A stretch of 60,758 nt of DNA, filler included, from Dimargaris cristalligena (Eukaryota), in NCBI GenBank assembly GCA_003614675.1. It is 12 parts of 12 records of this genome, joined end to end, with 100 filler letters (N's around TTAATTAATTAA, not from the genome) between each part and the next. Parts side by side here need not be neighbours in the genome. Positions count along the whole stretch, not along the records: positions 30,541 to 35,514 come from ML003701.1; positions 35,615 to 40,581 come from ML003702.1; positions 40,682 to 45,636 come from ML003703.1; positions 45,737 to 50,683 come from ML003704.1; 8 more parts are not named here. One strand, given 5' to 3'. Shown piece after piece: positions 35,415 through 46,619 of this stretch; position 1 is the stretch's first letter; each line of letters starts with the position of its first letter. The position numbers were made by a program, and so were the translations under genes. The notes under the pieces were generated by a model that was given only the letters and a program-made list of their open reading frames with translations, was not told where the DNA came from and ran no database searches.

Positions 35415-35514
35415 TGTCGCCCGAGTTAACCACTCTTAGTCCGTCAAGAGTCTCGGGGGTAGGCTTCTAACAGTAGGCGGGGTGTTGGACATGGCCAAGC
35501 GGGCTACTAGTGTT
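35415..35514 (-). repeat. LTR family D end; least mutated copy (CpGs intact)
   Basis: tgtcgcccgagttaaccactcttagtccgtcaagagtctcggggg. Confidence 0.85.
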
Positions 35515-35614
35515 NNNNNNNNNNNNNNNNNNNNNNNNNNNNNNNNNNNNNNNNNNNNTTAATTAATTAANNNNNNNNNNNNNNNNNNNNNNNNNNNNNN
35601 NNNNNNNNNNNNNN

Positions 35615-38600
35615 CCGATGACCTCCGTGGGCAAGGCCGACCGCAAGACCCTTCAGGCACGGCCGTTGCCAGTGACTAATTATGGAGACGAAGCGATAAG
35701 CGGGTATCTCTCCGATACGTTCCAGGTAGCGCGCAATCTTTTGGCAAAAGTACTTGGTATCGATTCGGCCCGTGTAGCGCCATCGGCATCGTTCCTTCGT
35801 TTAGGGGGCGATTCCATATCGGCCATCCACTTTTCTTCAGTTTGTCGAGAACATGGTTGGCAACTGTCAATTAGCCAAATACTTCAATCGCGTTCCGTGA
35901 GCGATCTATTTCATCTACTTGAAGAACAGGTATTGAATAGCACGACTGATCCTATTTCGCCATACGAGCCATTTTCCTTGGCCAAATCAGTAGTCAGTAC
36001 GGCCGGTTTCTTAACATTACGCCACGAGGCTGCCTCACTGTTAAATATTACCTCAGAGAATATAGTAGACATCTACCCAGTGTCTAGCCTCCAACTCGGG
36101 TTCCTGATAAATACCTTGAAGGATCCGTCCGCCTACATGGTTCAACAATCGTTTGCCATCCATGGCCAACTCGATCTGAATCGTTTCCACCGGGTATGGA
36201 TGGAGGTCGCCCAGAACCACCCTATTCTGCGCACCAAGTTTATTCAAACCGACAGCATTGAGGGCATTCCATTCCTACAGGTCGTTACATCCGACAATGA
36301 TGTTGAGTGGTCGACTCATGTTGGTAGCTCACAAGAGGCGGACGAGGCCCAAGTGGCAAAGGGATATTTCGCACTGGACCGCCAGCGTGGTTTTGATTTG
36401 CATGGCCCTCTACTTCGTATACATACTCACTCTTTTAAGCCCGATTATCACATCTGTTTCCTGGCGTTCCACCATGCCCTACTCGATGCCTGGTCGGTGA
36501 ATGTCATTCTCAATGAGCTCGTCGGACAGTACCACGGCGTCCCTACTTCGCCCAGCACCCCATTTGCCGCCTATATCGAACATTTGCAGAAAATTGATCA
36601 AACAGACTGTCAGACATTCTGGGCATCTGCTCTCGAAAATACCAAACCCACGCCGGCTATTCGGTTCCCCGTCTACCATCCTGAATCCCCCCCTTACGAC
36701 TATGGAACTCGCCGATTTACCCTGTCCGTCGATTTACCGACTCTACACCAATTCTGCCATGACCAGCTTGTTACTCTCAACTCGCTGCTGCGCTGTCTGT
36801 GGGCAATCACCCTAGCCCACTACCTCAGTGAAACCCACGAGGTTACTTTCGGCGGACTGGCCTCCGGTCGAAATGTACCAGTAGCCGGTATTCAGGACAT
36901 GGTAGGCATGTGCATAAACACTCTGCCTATTCGTGTTAGTCTGGCCTTGAATCAAACAGTCGCCCAATTCATCCAAATGGTCAACAGACAGTCCATCGAT
37001 GTGACTACTTACGAACAATGTAGTCTCCTTGATATCTATAAATGGGGGAAGGTTGACCCCGAGGTTCGACTATTCGACTCCATCATGATGTACGAGAATT
37101 TTCCGTCAACAATGTCCCCCGTCACCACTCCGGAGATTTCCTTTAACCTTAGCGATGGCCAGAATTTCACCGAGTATGCCTATGCTCTCAGCTTCTTTGA
37201 CAGTGACACTAGTCTGGACGGAAGCCTGATGTACAGCCACACCCACTGTGATGGAAATTTTGCCGGCTTCCTAATTCAATTTGTTGACCATTGCCTGACA
37301 ACGATGGTGAAGGATCCCTCGGCAACTCTGCATGAACTCATGAGTCTACCTGCCAACGAGTCCCGGCTCATTCAAAAATGGGCCCAGGGCCATGTTCGTG
37401 AGTTCCCCCAACGGCAGTGGCTAGCCCATCGGCTGTTCACCCAACATATCTCGTCACGGTCCAATCATATCGCACTGGAGACCACGAGCCAACAGTTCAC
37501 CTACGCCGAAATGTATCATCACTCGTGCTGTTTTGCCCTGGCCCTCCAACAGGCCGGATTCCGACCCGGTAACCACGCTGCATTGCTCCTCCCCAGATCA
37601 GCTGAGTTTATATTCAGTTATTTCGGGGCTCTGCTGGCTGGTGGTGTGTGCGTCCCCTTGGATGTGGCCAATGCTACTGACCGGCTGCTTTACATCCTAC
37701 ACCAGCTGGATCACCCCTGGCTGGTCACTTCCACTGTTCACCAAATGGAGCCAGCCGCTGATTTAAGGGTTGCCGATTCCCGCACTTTGTTTGTCGATGA
37801 TATTCTGATTGACGAGGTAGACACCTCCGAATTCCAACCAGATAGCTCACGTAGCCCTTCCGACGACATGTACATTCTCTTTACATCGGGAACCACCGGT
37901 CGGCCGAAAGGTGTACCCATTTGCCACCAGTCTCTTGTCAACTATATCGTGGATTTCAACGACACCACTGGGTTACGCGAGTCTTGCCGAATGCTCCAGA
38001 CAATGAATATTTCGTTTGACGTGAGTCTCAATGAGATTTTCGCGGTTTTCCATGCTGGTGGTACGTTGGTCCTCCAGGATGGTGACCTTTTCGATACTCT
38101 CCAGCGGGTCAATACGTGCTGCATGGTACCCTCGATACTCAGCGCCTTGAATCCGGAAGACTTTCCCAACCTGGAACTAATGGCCACCATAGGTGAGGTA
38201 CTCCCCACCGGTGTGGCCCATCGCTGGTGTACCCATGTCAGGTTATTCAATATGTACGGTCCCACCGAGGCCACTGTCACCAGTCACATGGACTTAATTC
38301 GACTGGATGAATCCGTCACTATCGGCCGCCCTGTCGCCAATGTTCAGGGATATATCCTTGATGACCAACTCCGACCTGTCCCAGTCGGTGTCCCCGGCGA
38401 GCTCTGCATCGGGGGTATCGGGGTTAGCGCAGGCTACTGGAAACAACCTGAGCTGGCAGCCAAATCGTTTGTTCCTAACCCCTTTGGTCCGGGTACACTA
38501 TATCTTTCAGGGGACATGGTGAGTTGGCTTCCCAACGGCAAAATCCACTTCATTTCACGAAAGGACTTCCAGGTCAAACTACTTGGCTACCGAATTGAGC

Positions 38601-40438
38601 TTGGTGAGATTGAAAATACGGCCTCGCTGACCAAAAACCTTGAAAACGCAGCAGCCTGTGTTATTGGAGACCGCCTAGTACTCTTTGTCTCTCCGAATAC
38701 AGTTGACACCGCGGCACTTCGAAGGCTCCTGGCTGCCAAACTTCCGCACTACATGGTACCCAACACCATTGTACCGCTGGATTCTATCCCATTGACCGCC
38801 GTGGGTAAGGTTGACCGTAAAGCCCTGTACAAGTACGATTTAGGGACTAGTATTACCAACACAGGCAATGTCATAGAAGTCAGCCCTGCCGAAGCCCGTC
38901 TCGTATCCTTGATTGCCGAAACTCTCCGCATTGACCCCAGTACCATCTCGCCCACCGCCACTTTTTTCCGAGTTGGAGGTAACTCCCTTTCGGCCATTCA
39001 GCTGGTGTCTCGCTGCCGCCGCCACGACATTACGTTACGCTTGGTAGATATCAATCAGACCAATACCATTTCCCGCCTCGCTGAACTGGCCTCAACCTCA
39101 TCCGATTTCACCCAGCTGCTCGTCGAGGATATGGATACCGACTATTATAAATCAAGACCGGCAAGACTGACCCCATCACAGCTGGAATTAAGGTCGCTTC
39201 AGTTGGCTGACCTCCATTTCTTTCCTCTGCCCGCCATGTTTGAGTCTAGCACTCGATTTACCCCTGGCCAGTGGCAAACCGCCTGGTCCAATGTGCTTCA
39301 ACGGCATGATATGCTCCGGGCCCGCTTCCAGTTCATCGACGGGGAAATGACAACCACAATTGCCGAGATTGATGACCCATCGTCAACCTGTTTCGAGTAC
39401 CACAAACTGGCAAATGTCCAGGATGCATTGATCCAACTCTATGGCATCAACCAGCAACTCAATTTTGAGACAGGGCCGATATCACAGGTTCGGGTATTTG
39501 ACATCAGCAACATTCAGTATGTCTACATCTCGGTTCACCACCTGGTCTTTGACCTTGTGTCGGTGGAAATTGTTCGTGAGGACCTGTCAGCCTTCCTAAC
39601 TGGCCAAGCCCTTGAGCCCATGACCCACTCGTACGCAGCGTGGGCTGACCATCTTTATTCTCTGGCCCAGTCCGTCGACCTCCACAGTATCGATTTACCA
39701 TTCGCAAACATCACCCTACCAGTGGAACTTCCCGCGGACGGAACCCTGGTTACTAATGAAACGCGAGAGTTTTCCGGGGATTGTATTGATCTGGCTGCTA
39801 CCCGGCAACTCATTTCCGCCGTAACCGACCAACTAGAAGCCGTTCCCGTTGAGCACATCTTGACCGCGTTGGTCTGCGCCTGCCAGCGTTACTTTGGACT
39901 GTCCCAAATGAATATGGCATATTCGAGCCATAATCGAAAGGATCCCCACGGCGAGCTCGACGTCTCTCGAACCGTCGGGTTCTTTGCCTACCAGTTCCCG
40001 CTGGTATTAAAAAGCTCCATGGATGGGGATTTGGTGACCACCCTCCACAACGTCCAAGATGCACTAAGTACGGGTGTTGACAATGGTTTTCTACAAGCTG
40101 CCATCAAACACCTGTATCGCTTTTCCGATGACCAAATTGAGCTACAGCAGCGGTTCAATGTCCAATCTCAATTCAGCTTCACGTATGTGGACAGTATGGT
40201 GTTCCACGATTCCTCGGATTCCCCTACTTTATTGATAGATCAACCGTCGATGCTTGATGGATTACTTACCATGAAGAGCCAAAATATTTTCCCTCATTTG
40301 TTTGACTTCACGGTTTGGAATACTTCACAGGGCCTGAAATTCACCACGCATTACAACTCTAAGCAGTTCCAGACGGAGACAGTCGCCGGTCTTCTGGTAT
40401 GCTGGAAGGGATGTCTTCTTGAGTTGACCCGTATTTAA
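35615..40438 (+). CDS. Non-ribosomal peptide synthetase, 3' part: (A end)-T-C-A-T-terminal E/C-like domain; 5' truncated, intronless
   Basis: A10 motif VGKADRKTL. T domain LGGDSI. C domain FHHALLDAWS. A domain YILFTSGTTGRPKG, MYGPTE, GELCIGG, YLSGD and GKVDRKAL. Second T domain VGGNSL. Terminal domain VHHLVFDLVS and SRTVGFF. Confidence 0.95.
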   Translation, partial: PMTSVGKADRKTLQARPLPVTNYGDEAISGYLSDTFQVARNLLAKVLGIDSARVAPSASFLRLGGDSISAIHFSSVCREHGWQLSISQILQSRSVSDLFHLLEEQVLNSTTDPISPYEPFSLAKSVVSTAGFLTLRHEAASLLNITSENIVDIYPVSSLQLGFLINTLKDPSAYMVQQSFAIHGQLDLNRFHRVWMEVAQNHPILRTKFIQTDSIEGIPFLQVVTSDNDVEWSTHVGSSQEADEAQVAKGYFALDRQRGFDLHGPLLRIHTHSFKPDYHICFLAFHHALLDAWSVNVILNELVGQYHGVPTSPSTPFAAYIEHLQKIDQTDCQTFWASALENTKPTPAIRFPVYHPESPPYDYGTRRFTLSVDLPTLHQFCHDQLVTLNSLLRCLWAITLAHYLSETHEVTFGGLASGRNVPVAGIQDMVGMCINTLPIRVSLALNQTVAQFIQMVNRQSIDVTTYEQCSLLDIYKWGKVDPEVRLFDSIMMYENFPSTMSPVTTPEISFNLSDGQNFTEYAYALSFFDSDTSLDGSLMYSHTHCDGNFAGFLIQFVDHCLTTMVKDPSATLHELMSLPANESRLIQKWAQGHVREFPQRQWLAHRLFTQHISSRSNHIALETTSQQFTYAEMYHHSCCFALALQQAGFRPGNHAALLLPRSAEFIFSYFGALLAGGVCVPLDVANATDRLLYILHQLDHPWLVTSTVHQMEPAADLRVADSRTLFVDDILIDEVDTSEFQPDSSRSPSDDMYILFTSGTTGRPKGVPICHQSLVNYIVDFNDTTGLRESCRMLQTMNISFDVSLNEIFAVFHAGGTLVLQDGDLFDTLQRVNTCCMVPSILSALNPEDFPNLELMATIGEVLPTGVAHRWCTHVRLFNMYGPTEATVTSHMDLIRLDESVTIGRPVANVQGYILDDQLRPVPVGVPGELCIGGIGVSAGYWKQPELAAKSFVPNPFGPGTLYLSGDMVSWLPNGKIHFISRKDFQVKLLGYRIELGEIENTASLTKNLENAAACVIGDRLVLFVSPNTVDTAALRRLLAAKLPHYMVPNTIVPLDSIPLTAVGKVDRKALYKYDLGTSITNTGNVIEVSPAEARLVSLIAETLRIDPSTISPTATFFRVGGNSLSAIQLVSRCRRHDITLRLVDINQTNTISRLAELASTSSDFTQLLVEDMDTDYYKSRPARLTPSQLELRSLQLADLHFFPLPAMFESSTRFTPGQWQTAWSNVLQRHDMLRARFQFIDGEMTTTIAEIDDPSSTCFEYHKLANVQDALIQLYGINQQLNFETGPISQVRVFDISNIQYVYISVHHLVFDLVSVEIVREDLSAFLTGQALEPMTHSYAAWADHLYSLAQSVDLHSIDLPFANITLPVELPADGTLVTNETREFSGDCIDLAATRQLISAVTDQLEAVPVEHILTALVCACQRYFGLSQMNMAYSSHNRKDPHGELDVSRTVGFFAYQFPLVLKSSMDGDLVTTLHNVQDALSTGVDNGFLQAAIKHLYRFSDDQIELQQRFNVQSQFSFTYVDSMVFHDSSDSPTLLIDQPSMLDGLLTMKSQNIFPHLFDFTVWNTSQGLKFTTHYNSKQFQTETVAGLLVCWKGCLLELTRI

Positions 40439-41455
40439 GCCGAATTTCTTTTAGCTATCTCGGCAGAATATCGAGTGTTTGGGTTTTTCCCCAAAACGGC
40501 ACCTGGAAATCTAATAAAGAACAATCAATATTCCAAACATAACCAGAAATATGTGAATGAAAGGGTTGGTGGGGTGAATTGNNNNNNNNNNNNNNNNNNN
40601 NNNNNNNNNNNNNNNNNNNNNNNNNTTAATTAATTAANNNNNNNNNNNNNNNNNNNNNNNNNNNNNNNNNNNNNNNNNNNNTGCAATGGATACCGGGTGC
40701 TTTTCTATTGGGGTTTACAGAGTAAAATTATTTTCTCGCAAGCCCAAATGGAATTCTAAGTCTCCTAAGCGGGAAAAGGGTGATGGTAGGGAAGTTATCC
40801 CCTCGAAAACGATACTTATGGTGCGTGTGTCCATATATATATTGCTCTAGCCAATCTTGGCACGGCGGATTCGAAAGAAAGGGTAGTACGGAAACCGCCG
40901 TACCCATCCCTTCCTTAGCCAGTGATACGTTAACAATGCATTTACTCCTCCCCCCCTATAAACCAAACCACCCAGTTGCGCCGCATCAGCCAGTCCATTG
41001 TAGGCCCATATAATCGGCGGTGCCTGGGGACCAGATTCATAATCCATATTTGGATACCTGTGCGACGGCTTTGTATAAAGCACTATATCCAATCAGCCCA
41101 TTCTAAGGAAGCAGCCGCCGCTAAAAATATATACATGAATATACCCAAGGCAAAAGGTTCAAGCATCCATTTTCCCCTTGGGAACATTCACCCCTCCATG
41201 GCAGGCCCAAGACCCGGGTAACCCGTGGTCCCCTGGTTATAAGTACTAGCCGTCTCCCATTTTTCGGATTTAGTTCTTGCCTTCACCTTGCCTTCTTTTA
41301 TAATTTTAGGGTTTTATTTCAACTGAACTTCCCTTGAAATATCTATCATTATACCACTTAAGACTCCATTCAGCCCCATTTTGACACTGTCTTCCTACTC
41401 GTTGCTCTCCGTCCGACCAAGGCTACACCAAGTCCCCGAGATTGTAATTTTCGCA

Positions 41456-43192
41456 ATGAAACCCATAAGCCATTCCGTCACTCTGGTGGGTATGATGGTC
41501 GTGCACTGTGCCGTCGCTTACCCTCAGCCCGTCAATGAGGGTTTCACGCAAGAGCCGACTGGACTGAGGTCGTTTTGGCGGGCTAAGTATGAAAAATATG
41601 TACGACCTGTTTTCCGGGGTCCGATGGAACTTCGCAGCACAATACCTGGCGGATTCGACAGCCAATCTGCCGACGAGTCATTAGCCCAACAAATTAATGG
41701 GCCCGTGAGTTCTAACCAAGCCCTGCCTAAAAGGCCTTCGGAGCTGCCTTCCGTGGACTCGCGGCCGCCAAACCTCGGAGCAGCTGATAGGCCATTCAAC
41801 CCATCTTATTTAGCCCTGGGTGTTAAAGAAAATGAAATAACCTCGCAAATGTCTCCCGGCGACGAATATTATCCTGGAGCTGTCCAAGTATCCAAAGTAA
41901 TTCAGTCAGCATCACCCATCAACGCGGACTATCCCGAAATGGAAGAGGTAAGTTTTCACTTATTATTTTTCCAAATATAACCAAATTCCTATCTGTCATT
42001 TCGTGCTATTCATTAACAAAATGCGAGTTACGCCCATTCATTATATAACCCCCTCCTTACAAGATAATCACGTAACTACGAACCAGCTATACTTGTTTCT
42101 AAGCCATTCCTATACCTGTTGTCCCTATACTGTGGCCATTATACAATCCCCATTGTCTAGCCTAAAGATTACATTGCCCAAATGGCTGAAATGTTAGTCA
42201 AACGTAAGGACCAAATTCAAGAAAAAGACTTTGTCCAGAAATTTGTCCGTGTTGAGCTTACCAATACCATGTTAATTGATATTTACACTCAACTCCGCCT
42301 AAGAGGAAAATTACCGACTGGGGAAGATGATCCCAAACCTGATACTTATATGAGTAATTTCAACGCGGATGATGAATCCAACACCGACGATTATAGTTCT
42401 GATATTTCAGCCCTTGTGCCAAAGCTACAAGATATATATGCCGGCTGGGGCTATTTGCGCCTTGACCAACTGTCCCCCAAGCAGCTTGCTGACGTCTTTC
42501 CATTGGCTAAGGTTGTTAGTGACGCTATCGCCGATACTAGCGCTACAGTTGAGAGTACGGCCAAGATCCTCTTGACTATCGCGACTAGGTCCCAACAGTT
42601 TAAGGTTGAAACGGTAGATATCGGCAATCCGGTGTCATCGGAGGCCTGGTATTTATCTAATACCGAACTTTCCCCTCCCATGGAAAAAGGAAAGCTCAAC
42701 CTGCGAACGACAACGTTGAAGTTCTCGGTATTCACCGAGATTATCGGATTTTTGATCGCAAACCGGAAATTGGACGTACTCGAGAAGGTCATCGCTGAAA
42801 TTGTTCAAACCTCAAACAACCGAATTATGTTTGGCTTCGCCTATATGATGGTCCTGGAATTCGATTTCAAGAGTCTCCAGAGTCATGCAAGAAACCACTT
42901 TTATGGCATTCAACATGAAGCCATTCTGTGTTCCAAGTATTTGGGCTTCAAAAATGCTCACAGTATATTGGGAGAAACCGTTAGTGGAGATCAGATATGG
43001 GTTAAACACGCCGATTGCGTGGCTAATTACGGTGCACGGGGCACAATTCACCTAAGCTACAGGGCCGATTCGAATAATAGCGAGTACCCCTTGGTATCTC
43101 TTCTAGCCCACCGGTCCGCTCTGCCTAATTATGTCACATTGCCTGAATCCGCCTTTGAAGATAATTCTGTGGTCAGGAAACTGATTATCTAA
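41456..43192 (+). CDS. Hypothetical secreted protein; exons 41456-41947 and 42161-43192 (507 aa)
   Basis: Signal peptide MKPISHSVTLVGMMVVHCAVA-YP. A GTAAGT donor at 41948 and a CTAG acceptor at 42160 join two ORFs in phase. Confidence 0.75.
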
Positions 43193-44154
43193 TGACTGGC
43201 AAATCTAGTGCCGCAAGGGATAATCTACTCTATTACGGTTAGGCCTCTTGCGCCAGTCCTCTCACCTGAAGAATATATTAGTATGTTTTAACTTCCTTCC
43301 CCTGGCAACACCTATTGTCAAGACGACCATGCACCTACTTCCGACCAATGCTCGCAGAACTTCCCCGCCTTTAGTATTGATCCAATACCTCATCCGGTTC
43401 CTATGTAAGCCATCCGGATATCGGCAGATTCCTTCCGGTGTCGACAAGTTTGTTCGTGGGCCACTCTACGACGAAGTCCCTACGTATGGATATCCCCCTC
43501 GGTTACAACTTGTTGTCACCTTAGCTTATTTCTATTTAGATTATCCCAATAAAGTTCTTTAAACTCGCCCCTGATCCATACCCGCCGCTCTAGAGTGTCC
43601 CTATATTTGCATCTACCCTATTATTACCGTTCCCTAATAACAAGTGCCTGTTGAGAAAGCGCCTAGCGAAGTATTGGTTCGTAAACCTACCTATAAAAAC
43701 TCTGATGCGACACTGCTGTGTTAAACCACCACGAATCTAAGGCTAGCTGGATCTTGAACCCGACTAGAACCTTCCGAGGCTGTTCCTTGGCCATTACATT
43801 CTACGTCAACAATCACCTTCTAACATGGCTATTAGAAGATTGGCGGAACACCCCCATCAACTACATACCGATGCGCTTTCCCAATATCCATACTTCGTTG
43901 ACTAATCATCTAGTAGTACCACGAGTTCCTATTTTGCATTTTACCAGCCGCCACTCGAAGATCCTCGTTAGTTAATTGGGGGGTACCTGGTCTATAACTT
44001 CCTATATATAAATACGAAATAATACCATTGAAACAGTATCGAATAAATGATGACATTCAGTGTTAACAACTACATCGAGACCCGTTAATTAGACATGTCC
44101 GCAGGAGTCTGGGTCAGTTTAATAGACCCGCGGGACTTGGCGTTTTTAAACTCG

Positions 44155-44298
44155 ATATGGGTGAACGTCAACCCAACTATATATGATTTTACATAATATG
44201 TGTGTGGGATGATGTGTAGGAGAATAACTTTTGACCAGTAATATTTACCTCATCAAATGGAGTTTTCGTTATACAGCCTGGGTGAACTTCTACCATAT
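44155..44298 (+). mobile_element. 144-bp MITE (family E)
   Basis: ATAT-gggtgaacgtca ... ttatacagcctgggtgaacttctacc-ATAT. Confidence 0.8.
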
Positions 44299-44874
44299 TG
44301 AAAAAAATAGTTCTAGAACATCCTAGTTATCTTGATTATTGCTTTTGTCCAACTCAATATAACTAACTGCTGCCATCTAGCATTGGTCCTTGAGGTTCTT
44401 TCTCTCTTCCAACACTCTTTTAAATTGTATCTGAAAGCACCTGCATTTACCCTTTGATTTACCATTCCAGCACAAATAACGCAACGTCAGTTTAAATGCC
44501 CCTCACCCATAGGATACGTCAAAAAAATAGCAAGTTACATTTACCTACCCTTACACACCACCACCCACACAGCCGTTCTCCAATGGAAGTAACAGCTTGA
44601 GTGAATCTTAATACTCGGTATTTCCGATCGAATCAACCGTCAGTACATCTTACTTCGCCCCCTCAATCCAAGTTAAAAATAAATAAATAACTTGTTGTTT
44701 ACCGTCGGATTAATAAAGCTTTACTAAGATTTGTAAGACACAAAATTTAAAATACCAATACGGATTTTAGTAAAAGCCGATAGCAAGGTGTAAAAACTTT
44801 CGTCACCCCAAACCATTGTATAAAAATAATATAGCGAATAATAATGATGAATCAGAGTATGGTATAGCCCCGTT

Positions 44875-45636
44875 TTACGGCACTGAAGCCTTGTAGGACT
44901 GCATTTCATCGCTTTCGGTAACCAACCCGGCCCACTCCAGAATTTGGCGCTGGGCACGCGGATTGCTACCATCTTCGAGTGACGTAATTTTAGCGCGGCG
45001 TTCCGCTTCTTTTTCCTCGCTAATGCGGGCGCGCCGTTGGGTCCGCAGGGCCTGTTCGGTGCCCATGCCGTAGACTTCGATATCCAAAATATCCATGACG
45101 AGATTAAAGTCCTGGATCGGATCGGCCGGGACGAAAGGTAAGGCTCCGACCATGGATCCCCGCGTGGGGTTGTCTCCGCCGAGGGCGGCCGATTCGGTGG
45201 TGGTCGGGGCCACTGATTTGGGCCGCATACTCAAATGGCCTAAGCGAAGGGGGTCGTTGAACCACGTTAATTGGCGTAGATGGTTGTCAATATGAAACAC
45301 AAACGGGTAGGCGGGTGAATCGGTTAGGGAAAGGGATTTGAGGCCCCGGGTGGACTGGCCCAGTGAGTTTAGTTTGCCGGGGTGACCGCTGGAAGCCGTG
45401 GCCGTTATACTTGCGGGAATCGAGCCCAGGCCGCCCATACCGATGCCCACGTTGGGATGGCAGTAGGCGTACTTTTGGTCAGGCTCCCGGTCGTTTTGGA
45501 CCTTATCCGGTGGGGTGAATACACTCTGGTACTTGTCGGTAATGTGGGGTGCCCCCGAGGGCGACAGGGCCACGTTGTTGTTGTTGTTGATGATGTTGTT
45601 ATTGGTAGTGGTACCAATGTTGCCGCTGCTATTGGG
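44875..45636 (-). CDS. RTC5: TLDc-domain protein Rtc5/MEAK7-like, C-terminal part, 5' truncated
   Basis: GIGMGG...IDNHL...DIEVYGMGTEQ...EEKEAERR...RQILEWAGLV matches the Rtc5 C-terminal pattern. The frame is open to the contig end. Confidence 0.7.
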   Translation of the reverse strand, partial: PNSSGNIGTTTNNNIINNNNNVALSPSGAPHITDKYQSVFTPPDKVQNDREPDQKYAYCHPNVGIGMGGLGSIPASITATASSGHPGKLNSLGQSTRGLKSLSLTDSPAYPFVFHIDNHLRQLTWFNDPLRLGHLSMRPKSVAPTTTESAALGGDNPTRGSMVGALPFVPADPIQDFNLVMDILDIEVYGMGTEQALRTQRRARISEEKEAERRAKITSLEDGSNPRAQRQILEWAGLVTESDEMQSYKASVP

Positions 45637-45736
45637 NNNNNNNNNNNNNNNNNNNNNNNNNNNNNNNNNNNNNNNNNNNNTTAATTAATTAANNNNNNNN
45701 NNNNNNNNNNNNNNNNNNNNNNNNNNNNNNNNNNNN

Positions 45737-45998
45737 TTGGGACCAGTTAGTACCTCAGCTTATTCTTACCCCCATAGTTTACCTCAATAAACTCTGTATA
45801 CACTCACCCCCTAGTACTGACCAGTAAGTGTGCATCGGTGCACGTCCCCTGCATATGTAGTACGCTTGCTTTATTCGGTTAGTCTTATCACCGCCCCTAA
45901 CACTAGCAGCCCGCTTGGCCGTGTCCAATGCCCCACCTACTGTTAGAAGCCTACCCCCGAGACTCTTGACGGACTAAGAGTGGTTAACTTGGGCAACA
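45737..45998 (+). repeat. LTR family D, 3' portion
   Basis: Ends ...gactcttgacggactaagagtggttaacttgggcaACA. Confidence 0.85.
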
Positions 45999-46018
45999 CT
46001 TTAAAATAAGTTATTAAT

Positions 46019-46598
46019 TGTTGCCTGAGTTAACCACTCTTAGTCCATCAAGAGCCTCAGGGATAGGCTTCTAATGGTAGGTAGGGCTTAGACTCAGCCA
46101 AGCAGGTGACTAGCATCAGGTATGGAGCATAGTACTAACTAATAAAGGCTTAGGAATTGGGTATGCAAGGGATGTGCAGTGGGTACACTTATTTATTAGT
46201 ATGAAGGGGTGAGTATATATTAAGTTTATTGAGGTAAACTAGGGGGTAAGGATAAGCTAAGGAATTTAACCAGTCCCAATGGAGCCCAGTTATATATACA
46301 TGGGGGACAACCCAGAGGGAGGTCCCAAAGGAGAATACTATTAAGACTAAGGTATACTAAATAGGCTAACTGGACAGGCATGGGGGTCCAGAAGACTTGG
46401 GTGATAACTGGAAGAGTTGTTAGATCAGCACTGGAGTAAGTGGTGAAAACCTAAGTATCTAGAAGGGGGACAGTTATGTTGAATAGGGTGATCCCATAGT
46501 ACTGGGGGTGACTATGGGAAGTTATATATGGTGCTATATGGCCTAGTCAGGATGGGTAATCACTATATCTGGATTAGGTTAGATTAGAAGGGCCAACA
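46019..46598 (-). mobile_element. Solo LTR, family D (580 bp), with a 5-bp TSD
   Basis: TGTTG...CAACA, flanked by TTAAT at 46014-46018 and TTAAT at 46599-46603. Confidence 0.9.
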
Positions 46599-46619
46599 TT
46601 AATAAATTAAAATAAAATA

